From assembly GCA_963806185.1 (NCBI GenBank), contig CAWDXE010000001.1:288001-352000 (forward strand): DNA of 64,000 nucleotides, written 5' to 3'. The position numbers and the translations under genes are program-made. Each line of letters opens with the position of its first letter. The stretch's first letter is position 1. Under the pieces are notes generated by a model that ran no database searches, was not told the origin of the DNA, and saw only the letters and a program-made list of their open reading frames with translations. Shown here piece after piece: positions 38,735-49,474 of this stretch. The DNA is from an uncultured candidate division Zixibacteria bacterium. Its GTDB lineage: Bacteria; Zixibacteria; MSB-5A5; GN15; FEB-12.

Positions 38735-40018
38735 TCAGCGGTTCGTAATCGACTGATCGAGCACATCGGTCAAGCGATTATAATCAGGTGCCGGAGATGC
38801 AGTTCGAGATACTTCAGGCATGTTTCCGATCTTTGAACCCTCGATGCTCTCGGTCCCACGCATGAGGGTGATCCGTCTGGTGGTAAGGTCGTGCTCGAAC
38901 AGGAGCTTGCCCACCTCGCCCTCGTACCAATTCGCCTTTCGCAGACGTTCGAGGCTTTCGTCCATCAGGGCATCGATAGCCGGGAGATCAGTAAGCGCCA
39001 CGTGCATCATCCGACGGGCGTAATGGGCGCGGGTCCGTTCGAAGAACCGACTGGATTCATCCTTGGTCGATCGATTGGCGGCCAGGGCAATGATCAGGAC
39101 CATGAAATCGACGGCACAGGCAAAGAGCAGCGCAAACCAGCTCAGGCCATCCATATCCTTCAGGTCGTTGATGACCAGCATCATCGCTTCTTGACCGGTC
39201 GCAGCTGATTCGAGATACCCGATAGAGAGCGGGGCTACGGGAAGGTTGGGTAGAGCACCGGCGTTTATGGCGGCGTACTGTGCCAGGGGGAAGTAGACGC
39301 GCGCATGATTCACCATGGCATACTGATCGCTGACCGACACGGTTGTATTCATCGCCAGGCTGGTCGAGTCGATCTTGGCCAGGTATTCGCTAAGGGCTGC
39401 CACATTCGCGTTCACCTGCTGCTGCCAGCTCGTGAGATAGTTGGCGATGATTCCCCGGCCGGCTCCCTGTCGATAATCGCCGCCTTCATTGGCTTCCCAC
39501 GACGCAACCGTTCGACGAGCACCGTTGATGATCTCCTGAACGAACTTGTCGTTGGAACCCTCGTCGACCACTGTCGCCCACCCTTTGGTTTCCTCCAAGT
39601 CAAGCAGGTCGGCGATCCGTTCGCTCTGATACGCACCCTGAAAGAGAGCTTTCCTGGTGAGGTCAGCATATTCGAGGAGGACGGGCTTGGCAACAGTCAG
39701 GTAATCCGACCTGACCTTGGACACCCGAGTGCCGGACTTCAACGCCGTGTTAAAATTGGCATACGAAAAGAAGATGGAAAAGGCGGCGGCAATCGTAAAG
39801 ACTGTGATATATGCAGTTCGGTGGCCCTGGATGCGCATCACGTTCCAGGCGATGCCAAGCATAGCGGCTTGTAACCCGAGGGCTCCAATGGCCGCCAGAG
39901 GCCAGTCGAGGAGAATGGTCAATCCCGAGAACGTGGTGAAGAATGAGAGTGCCGACAATAGGAAGATACCGCTGAAGATCATGACTGAGGTCATGCCGGG
40001 ATTCTGATGCCGTGCCAT
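38735..40018 (-). CDS. Hypothetical membrane protein (3 N-terminal TM, helical extracytoplasmic domain, 1 TM)
   Basis: Long ORF, GGAGG SD, hydrophobic segments. Confidence 0.7.
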   Translation of the reverse strand: MARHQNPGMTSVMIFSGIFLLSALSFFTTFSGLTILLDWPLAAIGALGLQAAMLGIAWNVMRIQGHRTAYITVFTIAAAFSIFFSYANFNTALKSGTRVSKVRSDYLTVAKPVLLEYADLTRKALFQGAYQSERIADLLDLEETKGWATVVDEGSNDKFVQEIINGARRTVASWEANEGGDYRQGAGRGIIANYLTSWQQQVNANVAALSEYLAKIDSTSLAMNTTVSVSDQYAMVNHARVYFPLAQYAAINAGALPNLPVAPLSIGYLESAATGQEAMMLVINDLKDMDGLSWFALLFACAVDFMVLIIALAANRSTKDESSRFFERTRAHYARRMMHVALTDLPAIDALMDESLERLRKANWYEGEVGKLLFEHDLTTRRITLMRGTESIEGSKIGNMPEVSRTASPAPDYNRLTDVLDQSITNR

Positions 40019-40127
40019 GTTTTCGCCCCTCCGTAATCTGTTATCGATTCGTTGCCCCCTGGCCCTTATCTGTCTGTATCGACCGACCAACGGTTCTTTG
40101 CACTCGAATCAGCAAGGCCGCTGACCC

Positions 40128-41507
40128 TCATAGCGAATAGCTGCAACCGAGCGCCAGCGAGAGCCGGCCGTCGGTCGGCTCACCGTTGCCGCCCAAAAAC
40201 CCTTCGTCGCTGGAGAGCAAGTACTTGCCTTCCAGCCGAAAGCGAAATCCGTCCGCAGGGGAGTAGCACGGCGCCAAGGTGAAGCCGTGGATCGCTTGTC
40301 CCAGGTCCGTTTGAAGGCCGTGGACATCGTCGAGATAGTCGTAGCGAAAGACGATTGCAGTTGCCTTCGAAAGCGCAATTTCATTCGTTATCAGCCCGCC
40401 ACGCCATCGGGCAGTGCCGTTGTTTCCGAGCATCCCGCTTTCCTGGCCGAATTGCACCTCTCCCCCGACCATCCATGAGGCTGTCGGCGTCGCGGTAAAA
40501 TCGAGGTCAAATACAGTCCGTTGCGATGATACGTTATCATCCTGTTCCGGACCGTGGATCACGCTCATCCCCAAGTCGAGCCATTCGGCACGCGAATAGC
40601 CGAGACGACCGCCGACGGTCTTGTCGCGATTGTTGTCACGATTGACGTCCCAGCCGTTGGCGACAAAGGCAGCGAGACTGAATTCGCCTGTAGGCTGCAC
40701 GTCGATGGCCAAGCCGGTCAGATTTCCCGGGAGGCAGTTCGAAATGCCGGCATAGGACACCTGATACATTTGCGGCGCGTCCATGCCTTCCCACCCAATC
40801 GGAGAATTGAATTTCCCCAATGACAGCACGACTGTCCGACCCTCGTCGAGGGCAAGAGAGAGATACCCCTGCTCAAGATCGAAGTCGAATTCGCCGTCGC
40901 CGTTGGACACGCACTCAACCTCGGCCAAAAATGACGCCGGGCCTTCTTCCCCACCTGATATATCCAACTCAGCCTGATCGATTCCGAAATCGGATCTGGA
41001 GGGGCCGTCGTCAGCCACACCGCTCGCAGCTACAAAGCCGCGTAAAATGATCCCCGCGAGTGGCTGTCCAACATTCGCCGATGCCACCAGGTCCCCATGG
41101 GCGACCGGCATGGCCATTTCATCGTCCAGCGACGCGAGTTGCGGCGAGACCTCACCCATTCGGGACAGGAGTCGTTCGCTCTCGCTCTTGAGCAATTCAA
41201 TATCAGCTTGCAGATCGGCCATTACCGCTTGAGACAATTGGAGTGAGTCGACAGCATATGCCAGCAAAGCAACCTGTTCGCATAAGAATTCGACGTCAGC
41301 CCGAAGTACGTCCAGCTCACGAGCAGAATGAGCCGCGCAGGGTGATAGACTGTCAGTTTTGGCAGTAGCAGGCGGCGTCGCCAGTTCATCCAAACGAGCC
41401 TGCACACAGGCAACGGCTTCCTGAATACTCTGTATTGAGCCCGAGGCGGCCGCAGCCGGTCGAGAAAAGCTCAACAATATTAAGACAACAACGATTCCTT
41501 GTGGCAT
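40128..41507 (-). CDS. Outer-membrane porin-like beta-barrel with N-terminal coiled coil
   Basis: Signal peptide, heptad region, DQAELD..EQGY..LGKFNSPIGWE, NGWD..DNNRDKTVGGRLGY. Confidence 0.72.
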   Translation of the reverse strand: MPQGIVVVLILLSFSRPAAAASGSIQSIQEAVACVQARLDELATPPATAKTDSLSPCAAHSARELDVLRADVEFLCEQVALLAYAVDSLQLSQAVMADLQADIELLKSESERLLSRMGEVSPQLASLDDEMAMPVAHGDLVASANVGQPLAGIILRGFVAASGVADDGPSRSDFGIDQAELDISGGEEGPASFLAEVECVSNGDGEFDFDLEQGYLSLALDEGRTVVLSLGKFNSPIGWEGMDAPQMYQVSYAGISNCLPGNLTGLAIDVQPTGEFSLAAFVANGWDVNRDNNRDKTVGGRLGYSRAEWLDLGMSVIHGPEQDDNVSSQRTVFDLDFTATPTASWMVGGEVQFGQESGMLGNNGTARWRGGLITNEIALSKATAIVFRYDYLDDVHGLQTDLGQAIHGFTLAPCYSPADGFRFRLEGKYLLSSDEGFLGGNGEPTDGRLSLALGCSYSL

Positions 41508-41700
41508 GACTCCGGCCCCTGGACTTGCTTTCGTAATGTGACCACGGCCTTTTCCATATTGTGTCGGCGACCGGGAGCACCACATTAGTCGTCCGGGGAC
41601 AACTCTTGCCGGCCGGGGGACGTTGTGCTACGACTGAACAGCAGTCTCTCCGTTCAATTCCAATTTGCATGATGAATGGGCGGGGACTATACTAAAGGCT

Positions 41701-44700
41701 ATGAAAATCACCCCTATCCTGGCCGGCTTATTGATAGGCGGTCTGCTTCAGGCGCAGACTACGCCTCCGCTGGGTATTCGGTCGAAAACTCCGGATACCA
41801 GGGCATTCATCAACGCTCGGATTATTATCTCCCCGGGACAGACTATCGCCAGTGGAACGCTGGTGATCAAGGATGGCAAAGTAGCAAGCGTCGGCACCGA
41901 CATTACGCCGCCGGCCGAAGCCACGATAGTAGACCTGAAGGGTTGGACAATCTATCCCGGCTTCATTGATCCGTACACCGATTACGGGCTCCAGACTCCC
42001 AGGGGTGATGATCGCCCTGGCCGGTTTGGTGATCGCGGGCCCAAATACGAAACTGAGCGAATAGGTGGGAACGCCTGGAACGGGGCCGTCCACGCCGAGA
42101 AGAATTGGGTGGATGAGTTCCGTCCGATATCTGACGACGCTGACGCTTTGTTGAAGCAAGGCATCACAGTCGTGCAGTCCGCCAGGATGGATGGCGTCTT
42201 TCGCGGTCGCTCCTTTGTGACGGTGGTGGGTGACGGGCTTCCCAATGACCTGCTGATTCGCCCGCACGGCCTTCAATTCGTGTCCTTCAACAAAGGAACT
42301 TCGCGACAGGAGTATCCCAGTTCACTCATGGGGAGCATCGCCTTGATCCGGCAGACACTCTTGGACGTCGACTGGTACAAGAAGGCCACAGCCGCTTATG
42401 CCGCCAACCCAAATCAGAAGCGTCCTGAGTTCAACGCACCGATCGAGGCGCTCGCCGACGGTACCGGAGAAGCCATGGTTTTCGACAGTGAAGATGAACT
42501 CTCGCTTCTTCGGGCTCAGGAAATCGCGCGCGAATACGGCCTTACGCTCATCCATGTCGGATCCGGATACGAGTACACGATTATCCCGAAGTTGAAGTCG
42601 ATTAATCCTTCCCTGATTCTCCCGGTCAATTTCCCCGTCACCCCGGAGGTAAAGACTCCGGAGGATGAACTGGACATAACGCTGGCACAACTTCGTCATT
42701 GGGAAACTGCACTTTCCAATCCGGCAATTCTCGACAGCAACGGAATCGGATTTGCCTTCACATCCTTCGGACTCAAGGACAAGGGCGAGTATCTCAAGAA
42801 TATCCGGCAGGCTGTCAAACGTGGTCTTCCCAAGGAAAAAGCACTCGCCGCCCTCACCACCGTTCCGGCCCGATATTGTGGCGTGTCGGCCATCACGGGA
42901 ACGCTCGAAAAGGGAAAACTGGCCGACTTCATCATCACTGACGGAGATATCTTTGACGACAAGACCAAACTCTACGCAACCTATTCGGCCGGCACCCAGC
43001 ACGAGTTTGTCGGGTTTGACCAGCAGGATTTCCGCGGGGATTATGCAGTAAGCGTAGCGGACAGGGACTTTGTCCTCTCCCTCACCGGCGAGGTCACCAA
43101 CCTCACGGGGGCGCTCAAAGCCAAAGCGGACAGCACGCGAAAGATTGAACTCGAGAACATTCAGGTCGAGAGTAAAAAGCTGTTCTTCACTGCTCGGCTT
43201 GACTCTGTCGGGCTGTCCGGCGCTGCAAGGTTTGTCGCCCGAATGGACGCCGGTAAGCTCATCGGACAATGTGAACTCCCGGACATGACGTCGATCGAGT
43301 TCTCCGCCGTTCGCACGGTCAGTCCGGCCGAAAAGGAGGATTCCGCCCGCAAGGAAGTTGGCAACTTGCCGCTTGTCGCTCGACGGACTTTCCCGAACAA
43401 AGCGTTTGGGTATTCGGAAATGCCGAAACGCCAGACTGTCCTTTTTCGCGGAGGGACGATCTGGACATCGGATTCCGCCGGCATTCTGGAAAATGCGGAT
43501 TTGTTAGTGGTCGACGGTAAGATCGCCAGCATCGGCAAAGACCTCAAGACACCGGCCAACTGTCTCGTAGTCGACGCTCGCGGAAAGCATATCACTCCCG
43601 GAATTATTGATGAACACTCACATATCGCGATATCCAAGGGTGTTAATGAAGGGAGCTTCTCTGTCACGTCGGAGGTGCGCATCGGCGACGTGATTGATCC
43701 CGAAGACCTGGACATCTATCGCGCGCTGGCAGGCGGTGTCACGATAGTGCACTGTCTGCATGGTTCGGCCAACGCGATCGGCGGTCAATGCCAGGCAATC
43801 AAGCTGAAGTGGGGCGGGTATGCCGACGATCTCAAGTACGCCCCGGCCCCGCCGACAATCAAATTCGCGCTCGGTGAAAATGTCAAACAGAGCAATTGGG
43901 GCGAGCAATTCACCTCACGCTATCCCCAGACGCGGATGGGGGTGGAGACAATCATCACGGATGCTTTCCAGGCGGCCCGTGAATACGAGGCGGACTGGAA
44001 AAAATTCCGATCCCTCAAGGCTGCCGATCAGGCCAGGACAGTACCGCCGCGACGTGATCTCACACTCGACGCACTGGTCGAGATTCTCAACAGTCAACGC
44101 TTTGTCCACTGTCATTCGTACGTGGCGACGGAAGTACTAATGCTTATGCGGGTAGCCGAAGAGTTCGGTTTCCGGATCGGCACGTTTACGCACATCCTCG
44201 AGGGGTACAAGGTTGCCGACGAGATGGCCAAACATGGCGCGGCGGCCAACTCATTTGCCGACTGGTGGGCGTTTAAGTTCGAGGTGTATGACGCGATACC
44301 GCAAAATCCCTGCCTCATGCAGGACCGGGGCGTTGTGGTAGGCATACACTCTGATTCTCCCGAAACCGGTCGCCGCCTCAATCAGGAAGCTGCCAAGTCG
44401 ATGCTGTATTGCGGCATGAGCCGTGAGAATGTCATCAAAATGGTCACGATCAATCCGGCGATTCAGCTGAAAGTACAGGATCGGACAGGCTCGCTTACAA
44501 TCGGGAAAGAGGCGGACATTGTCGTCTGGAACGGCGACCCGACGTCGATCTATGCCAAGCCTGAGCAAACCTGGATCGAGGGTGCTCGCTTCTTTGATCT
44601 CCAGCAGGATCAGGCGATGCGGGAGGCGGATCGGAAAGAGAAAGGGGCCCTGATCCAGCGAGCCCTGTTGTCTCAAGACGGGGGTGAGCATAAGCCCGAA

Positions 44701-44781
44701 TTTCGTCGCGGCGAACCGCGTTGGAATTGTGAGGACGTTAACGATGTCTGGCGGCAGATCAACACGGGGGGGCAGAACTAG
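41701..44781 (+). CDS. Secreted two-domain amidohydrolase family protein
   Basis: IYPGFID and ITPGIIDEHSH, KFALGENVK, YPQTRMG, HCHSY, HILEGYK, TINPA..GKEAD. Confidence 0.88.
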   Translation: MKITPILAGLLIGGLLQAQTTPPLGIRSKTPDTRAFINARIIISPGQTIASGTLVIKDGKVASVGTDITPPAEATIVDLKGWTIYPGFIDPYTDYGLQTPRGDDRPGRFGDRGPKYETERIGGNAWNGAVHAEKNWVDEFRPISDDADALLKQGITVVQSARMDGVFRGRSFVTVVGDGLPNDLLIRPHGLQFVSFNKGTSRQEYPSSLMGSIALIRQTLLDVDWYKKATAAYAANPNQKRPEFNAPIEALADGTGEAMVFDSEDELSLLRAQEIAREYGLTLIHVGSGYEYTIIPKLKSINPSLILPVNFPVTPEVKTPEDELDITLAQLRHWETALSNPAILDSNGIGFAFTSFGLKDKGEYLKNIRQAVKRGLPKEKALAALTTVPARYCGVSAITGTLEKGKLADFIITDGDIFDDKTKLYATYSAGTQHEFVGFDQQDFRGDYAVSVADRDFVLSLTGEVTNLTGALKAKADSTRKIELENIQVESKKLFFTARLDSVGLSGAARFVARMDAGKLIGQCELPDMTSIEFSAVRTVSPAEKEDSARKEVGNLPLVARRTFPNKAFGYSEMPKRQTVLFRGGTIWTSDSAGILENADLLVVDGKIASIGKDLKTPANCLVVDARGKHITPGIIDEHSHIAISKGVNEGSFSVTSEVRIGDVIDPEDLDIYRALAGGVTIVHCLHGSANAIGGQCQAIKLKWGGYADDLKYAPAPPTIKFALGENVKQSNWGEQFTSRYPQTRMGVETIITDAFQAAREYEADWKKFRSLKAADQARTVPPRRDLTLDALVEILNSQRFVHCHSYVATEVLMLMRVAEEFGFRIGTFTHILEGYKVADEMAKHGAAANSFADWWAFKFEVYDAIPQNPCLMQDRGVVVGIHSDSPETGRRLNQEAAKSMLYCGMSRENVIKMVTINPAIQLKVQDRTGSLTIGKEADIVVWNGDPTSIYAKPEQTWIEGARFFDLQQDQAMREADRKEKGALIQRALLSQDGGEHKPEFRRGEPRWNCEDVNDVWRQINTGGQN

Positions 44782-44784
44782 AAT

Positions 44785-46074
44785 ATGAAGAAGTCACTGA
44801 TCGCAATAATAGTGTCGGGGTTATTTGCTCTGAATCTGGCGGCGCATCCGTTCATCCCAGGCAAAGTGCAGGATCATCCGATTCTGCTCAAGGGTGGCGA
44901 TTTATACACCATCGAGAACGGGGTCAAGCTCCACACCGACATTCTCTTTGACAACGGCCGCATTACCGCTTTAGGTGAGAACCTTCAGGCACCCGCTGGG
45001 GCTGAGATTATTGATGTGACCGGTCAACGAGTGTACCCCGGATTGATCGACGCCGGCACCAGTATCGGCCTGATCGAGATCGGCGCCGTGCGCGCGACCA
45101 ACGATCAGCGCGAAGTGGGACAGGCCACACCGGAGGTTAAAGCTCAGGTCGGTTATAATCCCGATTCCGAAATTATTCCCACCGTTCGGTCCAACGGCGT
45201 TACGACCGTGCTGGTTGTGCCGGGTGGAGGTGTTGTGACCGGTCGGTCGGCACTCATGAATCTCGACGGCTGGACTCGCGAAGACTGCGCTGAACGACTG
45301 GTACTGGGCATGCACATGAACTGGCCGCAAGTGTCGGTCAACAGGGGCTGGTGGGAAGAGAGACCGATCGAGGACCAGAAAAGGGACATGGAGCAGAATC
45401 GTCGCGCCGTCGGACAGATTTTCGCCGACGCTCGCGCATACTTCACGGCCAAACAGGCTGATCCGAAGGTGAAGCAAGATCTCCGCTGGGAAGCCATGAT
45501 TCCGGTGCTCACCGGCGAGATGCCTCTTTTTGTGGCCGCGAATGATTATCGCCAGATCGAACAGGCGGTCGCTTTCGCCAAGGAACAAAAGGTGCGCATG
45601 ATCATCACCGGCGGCAAAGAGGCCTACCGGGCTACATCGTTGCTCAAGGAGAATCACATACCGGTTATCCTGAGTTCGACCTTTGATCTGCCTATGCGCG
45701 AGGATGATGATTACGATCAGGCGTTCAAGTCACCGGCCATGCTCCAGCAGGCCGGCGTGGTGTTCACCGTCGCAACCTTCGACAGTTGGGGCGCGCGCAA
45801 CCTACCGCTGGCGATGGGCGAAGCAGTGTCATACGGACTGGATCAGGATGTTGCTCTTCGCGCCATAACACTGACAGCGGCCGAGATTCTCGGCGTGGAA
45901 AAGGACCTCGGCTCTCTCGTGATCGGCAAGAAGGCGACACTGTTCGTGTGCGGGGGCGATGTGCTGGATATGTCGGGGAATCATGTCGCGAAGATGTGGA
46001 TTGAGGGGAAAGCGGTTGACCTGAACAATCGGCACAAGGAGTTGTACCGCAAATATCAAGCTAAGGGAAAGTAG
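44785..46074 (+). CDS. Amidohydrolase family partner subunit, lacking the HxH metal motif
   Basis: VYPGLIDAGTSIGLIEI, ALRAITLTAAEILG..GSLVIGKKA. Confidence 0.85.
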   Translation: MKKSLIAIIVSGLFALNLAAHPFIPGKVQDHPILLKGGDLYTIENGVKLHTDILFDNGRITALGENLQAPAGAEIIDVTGQRVYPGLIDAGTSIGLIEIGAVRATNDQREVGQATPEVKAQVGYNPDSEIIPTVRSNGVTTVLVVPGGGVVTGRSALMNLDGWTREDCAERLVLGMHMNWPQVSVNRGWWEERPIEDQKRDMEQNRRAVGQIFADARAYFTAKQADPKVKQDLRWEAMIPVLTGEMPLFVAANDYRQIEQAVAFAKEQKVRMIITGGKEAYRATSLLKENHIPVILSSTFDLPMREDDDYDQAFKSPAMLQQAGVVFTVATFDSWGARNLPLAMGEAVSYGLDQDVALRAITLTAAEILGVEKDLGSLVIGKKATLFVCGGDVLDMSGNHVAKMWIEGKAVDLNNRHKELYRKYQAKGK

Positions 46075-46194
46075 CTGTCCTTTCAATCATCGAGATTGGC
46101 AATCAATTGTTCGCCGCGGGATTTGAACTGGTCCGGCGGCGTTTTCATTTCGACTCGGATGCTTGAATCGGCGAAACGTAACCTTGCGAATTCA

Positions 46195-46593
46195 TCACAC
46201 GTTCGCCAGCTTCTCGCGAAGGGAAGGCGGAATGGGCGTCGGCCGTTGCGTTTCTCGATCGACGCAGACGTGAACTGTCTTCACCGTGCCGGCCTCCCCA
46301 CCGTCGGCAGCCAGAAGTCGATGCGCCAGGGTGAATGAACTGTCGCCGAGCTTCTCCACCGTCAATTCGACGGTCAATGAGTCCCCCACGAAAAGTGCCC
46401 GCTTAAAATCGGCTTCGGCGTGAGCGATCGGTATGAAAAACGACTCCCGACGGAGAATGCGGGCAAAACTGAACCCGATTTCGGTCATGAGCGATTCATA
46501 AGCGTCGTGTGCTATTCTGAACTGATTGCCAAAAAACAGGAGTCCGGCCGCGTCGGTATCGTGCAATTTTACGGTGGTAGCGTAGCAAAACAT
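46195..46593 (-). CDS. Hotdog-fold acyl-CoA thioesterase (4HBT-like)
   Basis: VKLHDTDAAGLLFFGN, PIAHAEADF, HVCVD. Confidence 0.85.
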   Translation of the reverse strand: MFCYATTVKLHDTDAAGLLFFGNQFRIAHDAYESLMTEIGFSFARILRRESFFIPIAHAEADFKRALFVGDSLTVELTVEKLGDSSFTLAHRLLAADGGEAGTVKTVHVCVDRETQRPTPIPPSLREKLANV

Positions 46594-46720
46594 GTGAATT
46601 CCCCACATCAGCGATTGAACATTTCGTTAGTCCTAACGTATATTAGGCAACCTCACACCCGGACTAGATGTAGTCTGCAAATTAGAGATTGTGACCAACC
46701 ATAGTAACGCAGGAGTTCCG

Positions 46721-48613
46721 ATGATGCAAAGAGAAAAGCTATCCCGGCTGGCGGCGATTGTCATCGCTCTCAGCCTGGGTCTGGCCACTCTGGCGGCCGG
46801 TCAGGGGGAGATTAAGAAAGTCCCGCAACGCTCTGAAATTGCGGACAAATATAAGTGGCGCCTGGCGGACATGTACCCCTCCGACGACGCCTGGGAAAAG
46901 GACTATACCACGCTCAGCAATAATCTGGGCCGGTTTGACCAATTCAAGGGCAAATTGGGTGAATCCGCCTCTACCCTGCTGACCTGCCTGAAATTGCGCG
47001 ATTCGTTGGGACTGATCTCTGATAACCTGTATGTGTATTCCAATCTGGCGCTCGACCAGGATAACCGGGAAAGCAAGTACCAGGAGATGGCCGATCGAGC
47101 CGGAAGCCTGAACTCCAAACTCTCGGCAGCCACCTCGTTTATTGAGCCCGAAATCCTGGCGGTCCCGGGCGAGCAGATCCAGACCTACCTCCAGAAATTT
47201 CCGGAGCTGGACACTTATCGCTTCTATCTTGAGAATCTCATGCGCTCCAAGGCGCACATCCTGTCCGACAAAGAAGAAGCTCTGTTGTCGATGGCCGGGC
47301 CGGTCATGGGCGCACCATCGCGCATTTTCAGCATGATCAATGACGCGGATATCAGCTACGGCTCCATTAAGGATGAGAACGGCAACGAGGTCGAGCTGAC
47401 CAAAGAGCGGTATTCATCAATGCTTGATTCGCCGGATCGCCGCGTTCGGCGCGACGCCAATCAGGCCTACAATCGCGCCTATTTGAAATACATCAACAGC
47501 CTGGCGACCACCCTCGGAAGTTCGGTCAAGAAAGACTACTTCCTCATGCAGGCGCGCAAGTACAACTCCTGTCTGGAGGCTTCGCTCGACGGTGACAACA
47601 TTCCGACGAGCGTCTTCACCGCCCTGATCGCAGCCGCCAATGCCAATCTCGAACCGTTGCACAAGTGGGCCAAGATACGCAAGAAAATCCTCGGTGTGGA
47701 CACACTCTATACCTACGATCTCTGGGCACCGCTCTTGAAGGAAAAGAAGAAAGAGTATACCTACGAACAGGCCCGCGAAATGGTGCTCAAGGGACTCCAG
47801 CCGCTCGGCAAACAATACACCTCCGACTTCGCCAAGGCATTGGATGGCGGGTGGGTTGACGTTTACGAGACGCAGGGAAAAGGGTCCGGCGCCTATCAAT
47901 GGGGTACGTACTCGTCGCACCCTTACCTCCTGATGAACTACAACGGCACGCTTGACTGGGTGTTTACGCTGGCTCATGAGATGGGCCATGCCATGAACAG
48001 CTTCTACACCAAACAGAATGAGCCGTACATCAACTCAGGGCACTCGCTGTTTACGGCCGAGGTGGCGTCGACCTGCAATGAAGCCATTCTCATGAAGTAC
48101 ATGCTCGCCAACGCCAAAGATAAGGCAGAGAAAAAGCAGCTTCTCATTCAGTACTGCGAGCAGATCATCGGGACGTTTTATACTCAGCTCATGTTCTCCG
48201 AATTTGAACTGGCGATTCACGACCGCGTAGAGAAGGGCGACGCTCTGTCGGCCGATTTTATGCGCAAAACGTATCGTGACATTTACCAGAAATACTGGGG
48301 ACCGGAGCTGGTGATTGATTCGATCAACGACGTAGGCGGTATGCGAATCAGCCACTTCTATCGTCAGTATTACGTGTACCAGTATGCCACCTGTTATGCG
48401 GCGGCGCAGGCGCTGTCTCAGCATATCATGGACAAGCAGCCCGGGGCCCTGGAGAAATACCAGCGCTTCCTGAGAACGGGCAGTTCGAAATATCCGGTTG
48501 AGATTCTTCGCGATGCCGGTGTCGATATGACCACACCCGATCCGGTCAACGCGACCATCAAGATATTCGGAGAGTTGGTTGACGAAATGGAGAAGCTCCT
48601 GGCGGAGAGTTGA
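46721..48613 (+). CDS. pepF: Oligoendopeptidase F (M3B) with N-terminal signal peptide
   Basis: RSEIADKYKWRL, GKGSGAY, TLAHEMGHAMNS, AEVAST, HFY..YYVYQYAT. Confidence 0.92.
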   Translation: MMQREKLSRLAAIVIALSLGLATLAAGQGEIKKVPQRSEIADKYKWRLADMYPSDDAWEKDYTTLSNNLGRFDQFKGKLGESASTLLTCLKLRDSLGLISDNLYVYSNLALDQDNRESKYQEMADRAGSLNSKLSAATSFIEPEILAVPGEQIQTYLQKFPELDTYRFYLENLMRSKAHILSDKEEALLSMAGPVMGAPSRIFSMINDADISYGSIKDENGNEVELTKERYSSMLDSPDRRVRRDANQAYNRAYLKYINSLATTLGSSVKKDYFLMQARKYNSCLEASLDGDNIPTSVFTALIAAANANLEPLHKWAKIRKKILGVDTLYTYDLWAPLLKEKKKEYTYEQAREMVLKGLQPLGKQYTSDFAKALDGGWVDVYETQGKGSGAYQWGTYSSHPYLLMNYNGTLDWVFTLAHEMGHAMNSFYTKQNEPYINSGHSLFTAEVASTCNEAILMKYMLANAKDKAEKKQLLIQYCEQIIGTFYTQLMFSEFELAIHDRVEKGDALSADFMRKTYRDIYQKYWGPELVIDSINDVGGMRISHFYRQYYVYQYATCYAAAQALSQHIMDKQPGALEKYQRFLRTGSSKYPVEILRDAGVDMTTPDPVNATIKIFGELVDEMEKLLAES

Positions 48614-48639
48614 GTCCGGAAGGCAATCAAGTATTTGTG

Positions 48640-48670
48640 ACCGGTTGGCCTGGGCCAGCCGGTTTTTTTT
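48640..48670 (+). terminator. Intrinsic terminator after pepF
   Basis: CCGGTTGGCC-TG-GGCCAGCCGG followed by T8. Confidence 0.8.
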
Positions 48671-48726
48671 CGGGAATCCGGAGCGAAACAGGACTTACCA
48701 GCCTGATTCGGGGCGCAACCGGCCTC

Positions 48727-48745
48727 ATTGAAATCGTATTTCATT
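48727..48745. promoter_or_regulatory. Fur-family-like inverted repeat upstream of ferritin
   Basis: TGAAAT-CGT-ATTTCA about 130 nt before the ferritin ATG. Confidence 0.4.
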
Positions 48746-48874
48746 TTCATTTTTTGTCGCCCGGCCAAATCTGCTTGCTTTTTCGTGTCCCGGGATGGAA
48801 TCTTGGAACACCATCCTGTGGTAATTCGTTCTGAACGTCATAGAGTATGAATCAACTAAAGGAGATGATTTGGT

Positions 48875-49375
48875 ATGATGATTTCACAAAAAATGGCCAA
48901 GCGGTTGAATGTCCAGGTCAACCATGAATTCTTTAATGCGCTGTCCTACACGGCTGTCGCGTACTGGTTCGAGGAACAGGGACTGAAAGTCTTTGCGAAA
49001 TTCTTCTTTAAGCAGGCGGACGAGGAACGCGGGCATGGGCGAAAAATCGCTCAATATATTGTTGATCAGGGGGCCGAGGTCAAGCTGACCGCGGTCGAAC
49101 AACCCAAAGTCACGTTTAAGTCTGCCAAGGAAGTTATGGAGAACTTCGTCGAACTGGAAGTCAAGACGACGAAGATGGTACACGAAATCGCCGCTCTGGC
49201 ACAAGCTGAGAACGACTTTGCCACGCGCAATTTTATTGATTGGAAGGTCGCTGAGCAGGTTGAGGAAGTTGCCTCCGCCAACGAGATGCTCAATATGGTC
49301 AAGCATGCCGAAACCTTTGGCCAGTTGTTGATGCTGGAAGGACGCGTCTATCTGATCATCGAAGGCAAAGCCTGA
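48875..49375 (+). CDS. ftnA: Non-heme ferritin
   Basis: LNVQVNHE..Y, QADEERGH, EQVEEV ferroxidase-type residues. Confidence 0.88.
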   Translation: MMISQKMAKRLNVQVNHEFFNALSYTAVAYWFEEQGLKVFAKFFFKQADEERGHGRKIAQYIVDQGAEVKLTAVEQPKVTFKSAKEVMENFVELEVKTTKMVHEIAALAQAENDFATRNFIDWKVAEQVEEVASANEMLNMVKHAETFGQLLMLEGRVYLIIEGKA

Positions 49376-49393
49376 TCTTGCCGAAGAGAATAC

Positions 49394-49425
49394 AAACGGC
49401 CATCTTACGGATGGCCGTTTTTTTT
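49394..49425 (+). terminator. Intrinsic terminator after ferritin
   Basis: AAACGGCCATC-TTACG-GATGGCCGTTT followed by T-tract. Confidence 0.85.
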
Positions 49426-49474
49426 GTGCCCAATTTGTCCTATCGCAACACGAAGTGACGAGAGGCGGGATGCC

